Shown here piece after piece: positions 11,801 through 24,145 of a stretch of 64,000 nucleotides of DNA (the first letter of the stretch is position 1; each line of letters opens with the position of its first letter). Source of the DNA: the human T2T-CHM13v2.0 reference genome, Homo sapiens. The notes under the pieces are model-generated. The model did no database searches. It was not told the DNA's origin and was given only the letters and a program-made list of their open reading frames with translations. A program made the position numbers and the translations under genes. The stretch lies in NCBI RefSeq assembly GCF_009914755.1, contig NC_060933.1; one strand, written 5' to 3'.

Positions 11801-13145
11801 GGTGTGCTTCTCTTCTTTGTAGAAATGTGGCTTTTTGGCAAGGGGAGGTGATTTTGAACCTGGCAGTTGTCAGCCATTCTTCCAATTCACTGTGGATTCA
11901 GGAGCCATGGAAAAATGAAGAACATGGAGACCTTCAGCCCAAGCAGAGCCACAGAGACAGGCCACCGGAAGATGGGGTGACAAAAACAGTGCTGCAGTGT
12001 GTTAGCCACATTTCTTTCAGCAGACTCCACTTACCTCCACACACAGACACACACACACACACACACTCACATGACCGCAGCCACACACAGATATCCACGA
12101 CTTGAAACACTCCCACAGGAACACACATCCCAGCAGCTTCAGAGGCTGTGTGTTTCTGCAGGAAGCTCCTCTGGAGAGAGCAGCCTGGGGAACACAGGTG
12201 GGCTGTACCTAGACATCACGGAGGGGAGCACATTTCAAAAAGACTCACCCCCACACCCTCTAGGCAGGCCCGTTCAGGCCATCTTCATGGTCAGGTCCCG
12301 CTGGAGGAGGAGGCACTTGGAGACTGTGATGTGGGGCGCTGGAAACTGTTCCTCTGATTCCATTCCCCAAAGAGGCTGTGTGCAAGAATTGGGTCCCATG
12401 GGGGAAGAGAATACAGTCTGCTGAGATGTTAAGGGGTGTCCAGGTGATGAAATCATACCGAAGACCCCAGAGGCAGATGTCAGCAGAAAATGGCAGGGCC
12501 CTTGAGCTCACTGCCTCCCTTCATCCTGGGCCTCACAGGGGCTCCTGCTACTCAACATGGCTCTCTGGGAAAGGCAGGAACTATGACAAAGGCAAGTTGA
12601 AGGTGAAGCAGAAGTCTTACACTTTGAACAGACCTCACGAGTGCAGATGCAGTTCAGAGAGTGTCTCAGTCACCGTCTGAGGCAATTGCAAACCAAAAAA
12701 AGTGTGTTTAGGAGCGCTGATGAAGAGTAGTATGGACTCCTCATGAAAGCAATGGAAAATCAATTCTTGCCTTGGAGAATGAGAGGGCCTGTGCTAGCGT
12801 CCAAGCCATGTTCAAGGATTCCTGCCAGAGGACCCAAAAGCCTCCTGCAAACACCCCAATCCCCCACAGTGAGACCATTACTCACAACCTGGAGTGCAGC
12901 CAGCCTACCCGAAGTACTTTTTGCTCCCTGAAATCCCTGGCAGCCAAAAGATCTGTAGAGAGAGGCAGTCCCCCATAGCAACAGATCAATAAAAGATCCC
13001 CTCCACAGTGAAAAAGAATATGCAGATGACTGTAACAGAGCCTAGATGACCAGGCAAATCCTGACACCGCTGCCTGCTTCTCATCCTATAGGAATCATGC
13101 AGCCCTCTGATAAGAGTGGGAGAACAAGAGTTTCCTTGTTGGCAG
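8871..13145. repeat. Ancient SST1-related tandem repeat, ~2.5-kb period, ~1.7 units
   Basis: TGTGCAATGAAGGGAATG occurs at 8926 and 11471 (period 2545). The segments 9600-9735 and 12140-12270 (CTGAGGCTG..TTCTGC..GAGAGAGCAGCC..ATCAC..AGGCAGGCC, after a CA tract) align to SST1 685-835 and 3135-3285. Confidence 0.75.
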
Positions 13146-16100
13146 ATATGGTAAAAATGCTTTGCTATGTGTGGATTTTCTTTTCACAGTTAAAACTTTG
13201 TTTTGATTCAGAAGGATAAAGACACTTTTTTTGTGTCCCTATGAGGGAAAATTTCAAAATCCATTGAGGCCTATAGTGAAACACCAAATATCCCACGATT
13301 AAAAACTACAAAGAAGCTATGTCTGAAAATGCTTTCCAATGTGTGATTTTTATCTCACAGAGTTAAACATTTCTTGTGATTCAGTAGGCTGGAAACTCTC
13401 CTTTTCTGGAATCTAAGAGGGGATATTACAGAGCAAATTGAGGCCTATAGTAAGAAACTGACTATCCTGTGATAAAAACTAGAAACAAACTATCAGTGAA
13501 ATGCTTTGCAATGTCTGGATTTATCTCACAAAGCTAAATCTTTGTTTTAATTCAGCAGTTTAGAAACACTTTCACCATAGGATCTGCAAAGGGACATTTT
13601 GGAGCCCACTGATGCCTATAGAGAAAAATGGAATATCCCGTGATGAAAACTTAATGCAAGCTATCTATCAAAAGGCTTTGTGAGGCATGGAATTATCTCA
13701 CAGACCCAACTTTTTGTTTTGATTCAGCACGTTAGAAACATGTTTTTTTTGTGAAATCTAAGATGAGACATTTTGAAGCACATTGAGGCCTGGAGTTTAA
13801 AACAAAATATCCGCGATAAAAACTAGAAACAAGCTATCTGTGAAAATGCTTTGTGATCTGTGAAATAATGTCACACAGTTAAACCTCTGTTTTAATTCAG
13901 CAATTTGGAAACACTCTTTCTGTAGAATCTACAAAGGGACATTTTGGAGCCCATGGAGGTCTATAGTGAAAAACAGAATATCTCACGATAAAAACCTGGA
14001 GTAAGCTATGTGTGAAAATGCTTTAGGATGTGTAGGCTCATCTCAAAGAGTTATACCTTTCTTTTGATTCAGCAGGTTGAAAACAGTCTTTTTGTAGTAT
14101 CTACCAATAAACTTTTCAAAGCCCATTGAGGCCTACAGTGAAAAACAGAATATCCTGCGAAAAAAAACTAGAAGCTTGCTATCTGTGAATATGCTTTGTG
14201 ATGTGTGGATTCATCTTACAAATTTAAACCTTTCTTTTGATTCCATAGGTTGGAAACACTCTTTTTGTTGAATCTAAAAAGAAAAAATGTCAGAGCTCAC
14301 TGGGGCCTATAGTAAAACAAATAAACAAACACAAAAAACAAATATTACACGATGAAAACTAAAAACAAGCTATCAGTGAAAATGTTTTGTGATGTGTGGA
14401 TTCTTCTCACAGAGTTAAACTTTTTTTTATTTAGCATTTTGGAAACACTCTTTTTGTAGAATCTTTGGAGGGACATTTCGGAGCCCTTTGAGGCATATAG
14501 TGAAAAACTGAATATCCCGTGATAGAACCTAGAAATAAGGTATCAGTGAAAATGGTTTGTGATGTGTTGATTCATCTCCTAGAGTTAAATTTTTGATTCA
14601 ACAGGTTGAGAACACTTTTATTGTAGAATCTATGAAGAGCATTTTCAAAGACCTTTGAGGCCAATAATGAAAAATCGATTATCCTGCGGTAAAAACTAGA
14701 CAGAAGATATCTGTCCAAATGCTTTGCAATGTTTGGATTCATCTCACAGAGTTAAACCACTGTTTTAATTCAGCAATTTGGAAACACTCTTTTTGTTGAA
14801 TCTATGAATGGGAATTTCTGAGACCTTTGAGGTATATTGTAAAAAAGCAAATATCCCTCACACACAAAACCAGAAAACAGCTATCTGTGAAAATGACTGG
14901 CAGTGTCTGGATTCATCTCACAGAGTTAAACACTTGTTATCATTCAGCAGGCTAGAAACACGTTTTTCATAAATCTAAGGGAAGACATTTCGAACCCCTG
15001 AGGCCTATAGTGAGAAACAGAATATCCCGTGATAAAAACTACAAACAAGTTATCCAGGAAAATGCTTTGTGATATGTGAAATAATGTCACATATTTAAAA
15101 CTTTGTTTTAATTTAGCAGTTTGGAAAAACTCTTTTTGTAGATTCTACATAAAAACATTTCAGAGCCCATTGAGGCCTATAGTGAAAGACCAAATATCCC
15201 ATGAAAGATACTAGAAGCAAGCTATCTGTGAAAAAGCTTTGCAATGTGTGGATCCAACTCACAGAGTTAAAACTTTCTTCTGATTTGGCAGAATCAGAAC
15301 ACTCAGTTCAATCAAAATTGAAACACTCCTTTTCTAGAATGTACGAAGAAACATTTCAGAGCCCATTGAAACCTATAGTGAAAACCCTAATATCTCATGA
15401 TAAAAAATGGAAACAACCTATCTGTAAAAATGTTTTGGGATGTGTGGATTCATCTCAAAGAATTAAACATTGTTTTCATTCAGCAGGTTGGATACACTCT
15501 CCTTGTACAATCTACACAAGGACATTTCAAAGTCCATTGAAACCTGTAGTGAAAAACTTAATGTCCTGTGATAAAAACTACAAAAAAGCTGTGTCTGAAA
15601 GTTATACGCAATGTGCGATTTCATCTCACAGAGTTAAATCTTTCTTGTGATTCAGCAGGTTGATGAAAAAACGATTATCCCACGATAACATCCAGAAACA
15701 AGTTATCAGTAAAAATTATTTGTGATGTGTGGATTCATCTCACAGAGTTAATCATTTTTTGATTAAGCAGATTGGAAACACTCTTTGTGTAGAATCTACA
15801 GAGGGACAGTTTGAAGCCCATTGAGGCCCATAGTGAAATACAAAATATCTCATGATAAAAGTAGAAACAAGCTGTCTTTGAAAATGCTTTGCAATGTGTG
15901 GGTGCATCTCACAGATTTAAACCTTTGCATTTATTCAGCAGGTTGAAAATTCTATTTTATAGAATACATGAAGGGATATTTCACACCCATTGATGCCTAT
16001 AGTAAAAAACAGAATATTTCACAATAAAAACAATAAAAGTCTATAACTGAAAATGCTTTGTGATGTGTGGATTCATCTTCCAGAGTTAAATATTTGTTTT

Positions 16101-16199
16101 GATTCAGCAGGTTGGAAACACTCTTTATGTAGAATCTATGAAGAGCCATTTCAGAGCCCATTGAGACCTGCAGTGAAAGACCAAATATCTCCCCCCACC

Positions 16200-16231
<32 letters not shown>

Positions 16232-19200
16232 AAGAAAAAAGCTATCTGTGAAAATGCCTTGCCATTGTGGATTCATGCCACAGAGTTAAACCAGTGTTTT
16301 AAAAATGCAGGTTGGAAACACTCTTTTTGCAGAATCTACAAAGAAATATTTCAAAGCCCATTGAAGCCTATAGTAAAAAACAAAATATGTGGAGAAAAAA
16401 ACTACAAACAAGCTATCTGTGAAAATGCTTTCCAATGTGTAGATTCATATCATGGAGTTAAAGCTTTCTTTTGATTAAGCAGGTTGAAAGCAGTCTGTTT
16501 TTAGAATCTATGAGAAGACATTTTAGTGCCCATTGAGGCCTATGGTGAAAAACTGAATATCCTGTGATAAAAATGAGAAACAGGCTATCTGTGAAAATGA
16601 TTTGCAATGCGTAGATTTAACTCACAGAGTTAAACCTTTGTTTTGATTTAGCTGGTTGGAAACACTCTTTTTGTGGAATCAATGAAGGGACAATATGGAG
16701 CCCCTGGAGAAGTATTTGGAAAAAGCGAGTATCCTACAATGAAAAGTAGAAATGTGAAAATGTTTTGCAATGTGTGGATCTATCTCACAGAGTTAAACCT
16801 TTGTTTTGATTCAGCAGGCTGGAAACCCTCTTTTTGCAGATTGTACAAAAGGACATTACAAAGCTCATTGAGACCTATAGTGAAAAGTTAAATATCCCAC
16901 AAGGAAAACTAGAAACAAGCTATCTGTGAAAAGGTCTTGTGATTTGGGTAATCATCTCTCAGAGTTAAACATATGTTATTTTTTCAGCATGTAGAAAACA
17001 CTATTTTTGTAGAATATAGGAAGGGACATTTCGGAGCCCATGGACAAGTACATTAAAACACTGAATATCCTGCAATAAAAACTACAGACAAGCTATCTGT
17101 GAAAATGCTTTGCCTTGTGTGGATTCCTTTCACAGAGTTAAACATTTGTTTTGATTCAGCAGGTTGGAAACACTCTTTTTGTAGAATCTACTAAGGGCCA
17201 TTTCAGAGTCCATTGAGGACTACTACAGTGAAAGACCGAATATCCCATGATAAAAACTGGAAACAAGCTATCTGTGAAAATGCTTTGCAATGTGTGGATT
17301 CAACTCAAAGAGTTAAACATCTGTTTTAATTTGGCAGCTTTAAAATCTCTTTTTGCACAATCTACGAATAAACATTTCAAAACTCATTGAAACCTACAGT
17401 GAAAAACAAAATATGAGGAGATATAGACTAGAAACAAGCTATCTGTGAAAATCCTTTGGGATGTGTGTATTCATACCACAGAGTTAAACCTTTGTTTTGA
17501 TTAAGCAAGTTGGAAACAGTCAGTTTGTAGAATCTAGGAGAAGACATTTTGGTGCCCATTGAGGCCTATAGTGAAAAACGAAATATCCCACAATAAAAAC
17601 AAAACAAACAAACAAAACCAAGATATCTGTGAAAATATTTTGCAATGTGTGGATTCACCTCACTGAGTTAAATCTTTATTTTGATTCAGCACTTTGAAAA
17701 CCCTCTTTTTGTACAATCTATGAGAGTCATTTGGGAGACTATTGAGGTCTATAGTGAAAAACGAAGTATCTCATGATAAAAGCTAGAAACTAGCAATCTG
17801 TGAAAGTGCTTTGCAATGTATGGATATATCTCACAGATTTAAACACTTGTTTTGATTCAGTAGGTCAGAAACACTCTTTTTGTAAAATCTACATAGGGAC
17901 ATTTCAGAGTACATGAAAGCCATTAGTGAAAAACTGAAAATCCCATGACAAAAACTAGTAAAAAGCTATCTGTGAAAATACTTTGTGATGTGTCAATTCA
18001 TATCACAGAGTTAAACCTTGTTTTAATTCAGCAGGTTGAAACACTGTTTTTGTAGAAACTAAAATGGCACATTTTAGAGAACATTAAGGCCTAAAGTTAA
18101 AAACGTAATATCTCAAGATAAAAACTAGAAACAACCTATATATGAGAATGCTTTGTGGTGTGTGGATTCAACTCACAGGGTTAAACCTTTGTTTTTATTC
18201 AGCAGGTTGTAAATGCTGTCTTTGTAGAGTATATGAAGAGACATTTCAGAGCCCATCAAGAAGTATATGAAAAAACTGAACATCCTGCAATGAAAACTAG
18301 ACACAAGCTATCTGTGAAAATTCCTTCCTATGTGTGGATTCCTCTCACAGTATAAAACCTTTGTTTTTATTCAGCAGGCCAAAATCACTCTTTTTGTAGA
18401 AAGTACAAAGGGACATTTTGGAGCCCATTGTGCCCTGTCACGAAAAACTGAGTATCGCATGATAAAAACTAGAAACAAGGCAACTGTGAAAATGTTTTAT
18501 GATTTGTTATTTTATGTCACAGAGTTAAACCTTTGCTTTTATTCAGCAGTTTGAAAACACTCTTTTTGTAGACTCTATGAGGGGACATTTCAGAGCCTAT
18601 TGAGGTCTATAGTGAAAAATCAAATATCCTGTGATAAAAACCGGAAACAAGCTATCTGTGAAAATGCTTTGAGATGTGTAGATTTATAGATTTATCTCAC
18701 AGAATTAAAGGTTTGATTTATCAGGTTACAACACTCTATTTGTAGAATCTACGAGGGTACATTTCAGAGACCATTGAGGCCTACACTGAAAAAACTGAAT
18801 ATCCCATGATAAAAATTAGAAATAAGCTATTAGTAAAAATGCTTTGCAATGTGTGGACTTATCTCACAAAGTTAAACCATTGTTTTGACTTAACAGGTGA
18901 GAAACACTCTTTGTAGAATCTAAGAAGGCACATTTCAGAGCCCATTGAAGTCTAAAGTAAAACATCAAATATCCCACAATAAAAAATAGAAACAAGCTAT
19001 ACTGGAAAATGATGTGTGATGTGTAGATTCATTTCAGAGAATTAAACCTTTGCTTTGATTGAGCGGGATTGAAGAATCTACAAAGGGACACTTTGAAGCC
19101 CATTGAGGCCTATAGTCAAAAACCAATTATCCCATGATAAAAACTAGAAACAAGCTATCAGTGAAAATGCTTTGTGATGTGTGGATTTCTCGCACAGAGT

Positions 19201-20149
19201 TATACCTTTGTCTTGATTCAGTCAGTTGGATACAGTCTTTTCATAGAATCTAGGAAGGGACATTTCAGAGCCCATGGAGGAATATATTGAAAAACTGAAT
19301 ATCTCACGACAAAAAGTAAAAACAAGCTACTTGTGAAAATGCTTTGTGATGTGTCGATTCATCTCACAGTGTTAAGCCTTTATTTTTGTACAGCATTTTG
19401 GAAACACTCTTTTAGTAGAATCTAAGAGGGGACAATTCTGAGCCCATTGAGGCCTATTGTAAAATATCCAATATTCCGTGATCAAAACTAGAAACAAGCT
19501 ATCTGTGAAAATGCTTGCAATGTGTGGATTCACCTCAAAGAGTTAAAGTTTTGTTTTTGTTCAGCAGGTTAGAAACATTCTTTTTGTAGAATCTACAAAG
19601 AGCATTTCTGAGCCCAGTGAAGACTATAGTGAAAAACCGAATATTCCACGATAAAAACTAGAGAAAAAAAACTGTGAAAATGCTTTGCGATATTTGAATT
19701 TATCTCACAACATTAAATATTTGTTTTGATTCAACAGTTTGGAAACTCCTTTTTTTTTGTACAATCTATGAGGAGGTATTTCAAAGCCCATTGAGGCTTA
19801 TAGTAAAAAACCGAATATTCTGAGATAAAAACTATATGAAGCTGTCTCTGAAAATGATTTACGATGGGTGATTTCATCTCACAGAATTAAACCATTCTTT
19901 TGATTCAGCAGGATGGAAATATTCTTTTGGTAAAACCTTCAATAGGATATTTCAGAGCAAATTGATGCCTACAGTGAAAAACCGAATATCCAGCAATAAT
20001 GCGCAGGATTCATCTTACAAAGTTAAACCTTTATTTTGCTTCAGATGCTTGAAAACTCAGTTTGTAGAATCTATGAGGGTACAATTTGAAGCCAATATCA
20101 GCCTGTAGTGAAAAACCAATATCCCACAATAAAAGTAAAAAAAGCTATT

Positions 20150-20434
20150 GGCTAGGCACGGTGGCTCATGCCTGTAATCTCAGGACTTTGGGAGGCTGAG
20201 GCAGGCGGATCACAAGGACAGGAGATCAAGACCATCCTGGCTAACACAGTGAAACCCGGTCTCTAATAAAAACACAAAAAATTAGCCAGGCGTGGTGGTG
20301 GGCACCTGTAGTCCCAACTAATTGGGCGGCTGAGGCAGGAGAATGGCGTGAACCCGGGAAGCCGAGATCACACCACTACACTCCAGCCTGGGCGACTGAG
20401 ACTCCATCTAAAAAAAAAAAAAAAAACAAAAAAA
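20150..20434 (+). mobile_element. AluY-like SINE inserted in alpha satellite
   Basis: GGCTAGGCACGGTGGCTC start, AluY-diagnostic GAGAATGGCGTGAACCCGGGA, a small deletion in the right arm and a poly-A tail. The flanks AAAAAAAGCTAT and AAAAAAACTAT look like a TSD. Confidence 0.9.
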
Positions 20435-21370
20435 CTATCTGTGGAAATGCTCTGTGATGTGTGGATTTATCTCAAAAAGTTAAACATTGTTTTGATTCAG
20501 CAGGTTACAACACTCTTTTTGTGAAATCTACAGAGGAATCTTTCAAAGCCCATTGAAGCCTATAGTGAAAAATCAATATCCTGAGATAAAAACTAGAAAC
20601 AAGCTATCGGGGAAAATGCTTTGCAATGTGAAGATTTGTCTCACAGAGATAAACCTTTATTTACATACAGCAGGTTGGGGGACACTCTTTTTGTAGAATT
20701 AAGAAGTTACAATTAAGACTCCATTGAAGCCTATAGTGAAAAACCCAATATCCAGTGATGAACCCTAGAAACAAGCTATTTGTGAAAATTCTTTGTGATA
20801 TGTGATTTCATATCAAAGAGTTAAACCTTTATTTTTGTTCAGAAAAATGAAAAACTTTTTTTGTAGAATCTGCAAAGAGACATTTCTGAGCCCAATGAGG
20901 CCAATAGTAAAAAATCAAATGTCTCATCAAAAAAGCTAGAAACAAGCTATTTGTGTGATTTCCAATGTGTAGATTCATTTCACAGAGTTAAACCTTTGTT
21001 TTTATACAGGGAGTTGGGAACAGACTTTTAAAGAACCTATGAATGGACATTTCAGAGTTCACTGAGGCCTATACTGAAAAACCGAATATCCTGCGATAAA
21101 AACTAGGAAAAAACTGTCTGTGAAAATGCTTTGCGAAGTTTGGAGACACCTCACAGATTTAAACTGTTGTTTTGATTCAGCAGGTAGGAAACACTGGTTT
21201 TGTAAAATCTACTAGGAGACATTTCTGAGCCCGATGAGGCATATAGTGAAAAAATGAATATCATGCTTTAAAAACTAGAAACAAGTGATCTGAAAATATG
21301 CTTTGTGATGTGTGGATTCCTCTCAAAGAGTTACACATTTGCTTTGATTCAGCACTTTTAAAACACTGTT

Positions 21371-21874
21371 TTTTATTATTATTATTATACTTTAAGTTTT
21401 AGGGTACATGTGCACAATGTGCAGGTTAGTTACATATGTATACATGTGACATGCTGGTGCACTGCACCCACTAACTCATCATCTAGCATTAGGTATATCT
21501 CCCAATGCTATCTCTCTCTCCTCCCCCCACCCCACAACACTCCCCAGAGTGTGATGTTCCCCTTCCTGTGTCCATGTGTTCTCATTGTTCAATTCCCACA
21601 TATGAGTGAGAATATGCGGTGTTTGGTTTTTTGTTCTTGCGATAGTTTACTGAGAATTATGATTTCCAATTTCATCCATGTCCCTACAAAGGACAAGAAC
21701 TGGGTATATACCCAAAGGACTATAAATCATGCTGCTATAAAGACACATGCACACGTATGTTTATTGTGGCACTATTCACAATAGCAAAGACATGGAACCA
21801 ACCCAAATATCCAACAGTGATAGACTGGATTAAGAAAATGTGGCACATATACACCATGGAATAGTATGCAGCCA
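21371..21874 (-). mobile_element. 5'-truncated, 5'-inverted young L1PA (L1PA3-like) insertion
   Basis: 21371-21699 is an L1 3' UTR on the minus strand (TTATACTTTAAGTTTTAGGGTACATGTGCAC). 21700-21874 is the adjacent upstream L1 segment on the plus strand. TSD TAAAACACT(G/C)TT at 21359-21370 and 21875-21886. Confidence 0.92.
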
Positions 21875-23665
21875 TAAAACACTCTTGTTATATAACCTAC
21901 AAAGGGACATTTCGGAGTGCTTGAGGCCTTTAGTGAAAAACCGAATATCCCACAATAAAAATTAGAAACAAGCCATCTGTGAATATGCTTTGTGATGCCT
22001 GGATTTATCTCAGAGAGTTAAACCTTCCTTTTTATTCCATAGGTTGGAAACACTCATTTTGTGCAATCTACAAAGGGACATTTCAGAGCTCGTTGAGGCT
22101 AATATAGGAAAATCTAACATCCTGCGATAAATACTATAAAGAAGCTATTTCTGAAAATACTTTGTGATGTGCGATTTCATCTCAAAAGTTTTTTTGTAGA
22201 ATCTACAAGGGGAGATTTCATAACCCATTGAAGCATACAGTGAAAAATCAAATATCTCTTGATAAAAACTCAAAGCAACCTATGTGTAAAAATTCTTTGC
22301 AATGGGTAGATTCATCTTACAAAGTTAAACCTGTGTTTTGCTTCAGCAGGTTGGAAACTCTTTGGTTGTTCAACCTACAAGGCAACAATTCATAGTCCAT
22401 TGAGGCATTTAGTGAAAAACCAATAACCCATGGTAAAAATTAGAAACAAGCTATGGGTGAAAATGCTTTGTGATGTGTGGGTTCATCTCACAAAGTTAAA
22501 ACTTTATTTTGATTCAACAGGTTGGAAACACTCTTTTTGTAGAATCTACAAAGGGACATTTCAGAGCCCATTGATGCTTACAGTGAAAAACCAAATACCC
22601 CAGGATAAAAACTAGAAACAGGCTATCTGTGAAAAAGCTTTGCATATCATCTCACAGAATTGAACATTTGTTTTGATTCAGCAGGTTGGAAATATTCTTT
22701 TTGTAGAATCTACAAGGGGAAATTTTGGAGCAAATTGAGGCCTATAGCATGAAATTGAATATTCTTCAATAAAAACTAGAGAAAATCTATCTATAAAAAT
22801 GGTTTGTGATGTGTGGGTTCATCTCACAAAGTTAAATCTTTGTTTTCATTCAGCATGTTGGAAACACCTTTTTATAGAACCTATGAGGGGACATTTCATA
22901 GCCCATGGAGGCCTATAGTGAAAAACTGAATATTATATGATAGAAACTATAGAAGCTATATGTGAAAATGCTTTGCAATTTGCGGTTTCATCTCATACAG
23001 TTTAAAGTTTCTTTTGATTCAGCTAAGTTGGAAACACTCTTTTTGTAGAATGTATGAAGGGACATTTCGGAGCCCATTGAGGCCTATAGTGAAAAGTTGA
23101 ATACTTCGTGATAAAAACTAGAAGCAAGCTATCTCTGAAATAGCTTTGCAATGTGGGGATTTATTTCACAGAGTTAAACTTTTGTTTCTACACAGTAGGT
23201 TCAAAACTCTCTTTTAGTAGAAGCTAAGAGGGGACAATTTAGAGCCCTTTGAGGCTTATAGTGAAAAATTCAAAGTTTTGTGATTAAAAACTAGATACAA
23301 ATTATCTGTAAAAATGTTTGGTGATGTGAAAATTCATCTCACAGTGTTAAACATTTCTTTTGATTCAGTACATTGGCAAAAATTTGTGTAGACTGTACAA
23401 AGGGACATTTTGGAGCCCATTGAGACCAATATTGAAAAAATGAACATCCTGCTATAAAACTAGAGAAGTTCTTAGTGAAAATGCTTTCTGATGTGTGAAT
23501 TCATCTTACAGATGTAAACCTTTGTTTTCATTCAGCCGGTTGGAAACACGCTTTTTATAGAGTTCAGGAGGGGATATTTCAGAGCCCATTGAAGCCTCTA
23601 GTTGAATACTAAGTATTTCTAGTGACATATGGTGTTGAGCATCTTTTCAGAGGTCTAAGAAATGT

Positions 23666-24145
23666 GCCAGGTATGGTGGCACACGCTTGTGGTCCCAGCT
23701 ACTCAGGAAGCTGAGGTGCGAGAGCTACTTGAGCCCTGGAGGTTGGGGCTGCATTGAGCCATAATTGCACCACTGCACTCCAGCCTGAGTGACAGAGCTA
23801 AAACCTGTCTCAAAAAGATAAATAAGACCTGGTGCGATGGCTCATACCAGTAATCCAAGCACTTTGGGAGGGCAAGGTGGATGGATCACGAGGTCAGCAG
23901 ATTAAGACCATCCTGGCTAACATGGTGAAACCCCATCTCTACTAAAAATACAAAAAGTTAGCTGGGCATGGTAGCGGGTGCCTGTAATTCCAGCTACTAG
24001 GGAGACTAAGGTGGCAGAATCGCTTGAAGCTGGGAGTCAGAGGTTGCAGTAAGCCAAGATCATGCTGTTGCACTCCAGCCTGGGCAACAGAGTGAGACTC
24101 CATCTCGAAAAATATATTAGAAAATAATAATTAACAAATAAATAA
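23666..24145 (+). mobile_element. Old Alu right arm (FRAM/AluJ-like) followed by an AluS
   Basis: An Alu right-arm monomer at 23666-23825, then a full dimeric Alu from ~23826 with an A-rich tail. Confidence 0.85.

Larger units (their letters stand above)
13146..23618. repeat. Monomeric (divergent) alpha satellite, block 2
   Basis: Same ~171-bp monomer type and orientation as block 1. Interrupted by an Alu at 20150 and an L1 at 21371, with an A30 tract at 16201-16230. Confidence 0.95.

Noticed and set aside
8871-13145. Possible lncRNA gene (TTTY-like) or coding ORFs of 100-180 aa
   Set aside because: No exon structure or ORF is conserved between the two copies, so a transcript cannot be supported from sequence alone.
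4968-23618. Recurring motifs that could be mistaken for a CRISPR array, and repeated short ORFs such as MLCDVWIHL
   Set aside because: The whole 171-bp unit repeats with no unique spacers. This is alpha satellite and the ORFs are chance translations.
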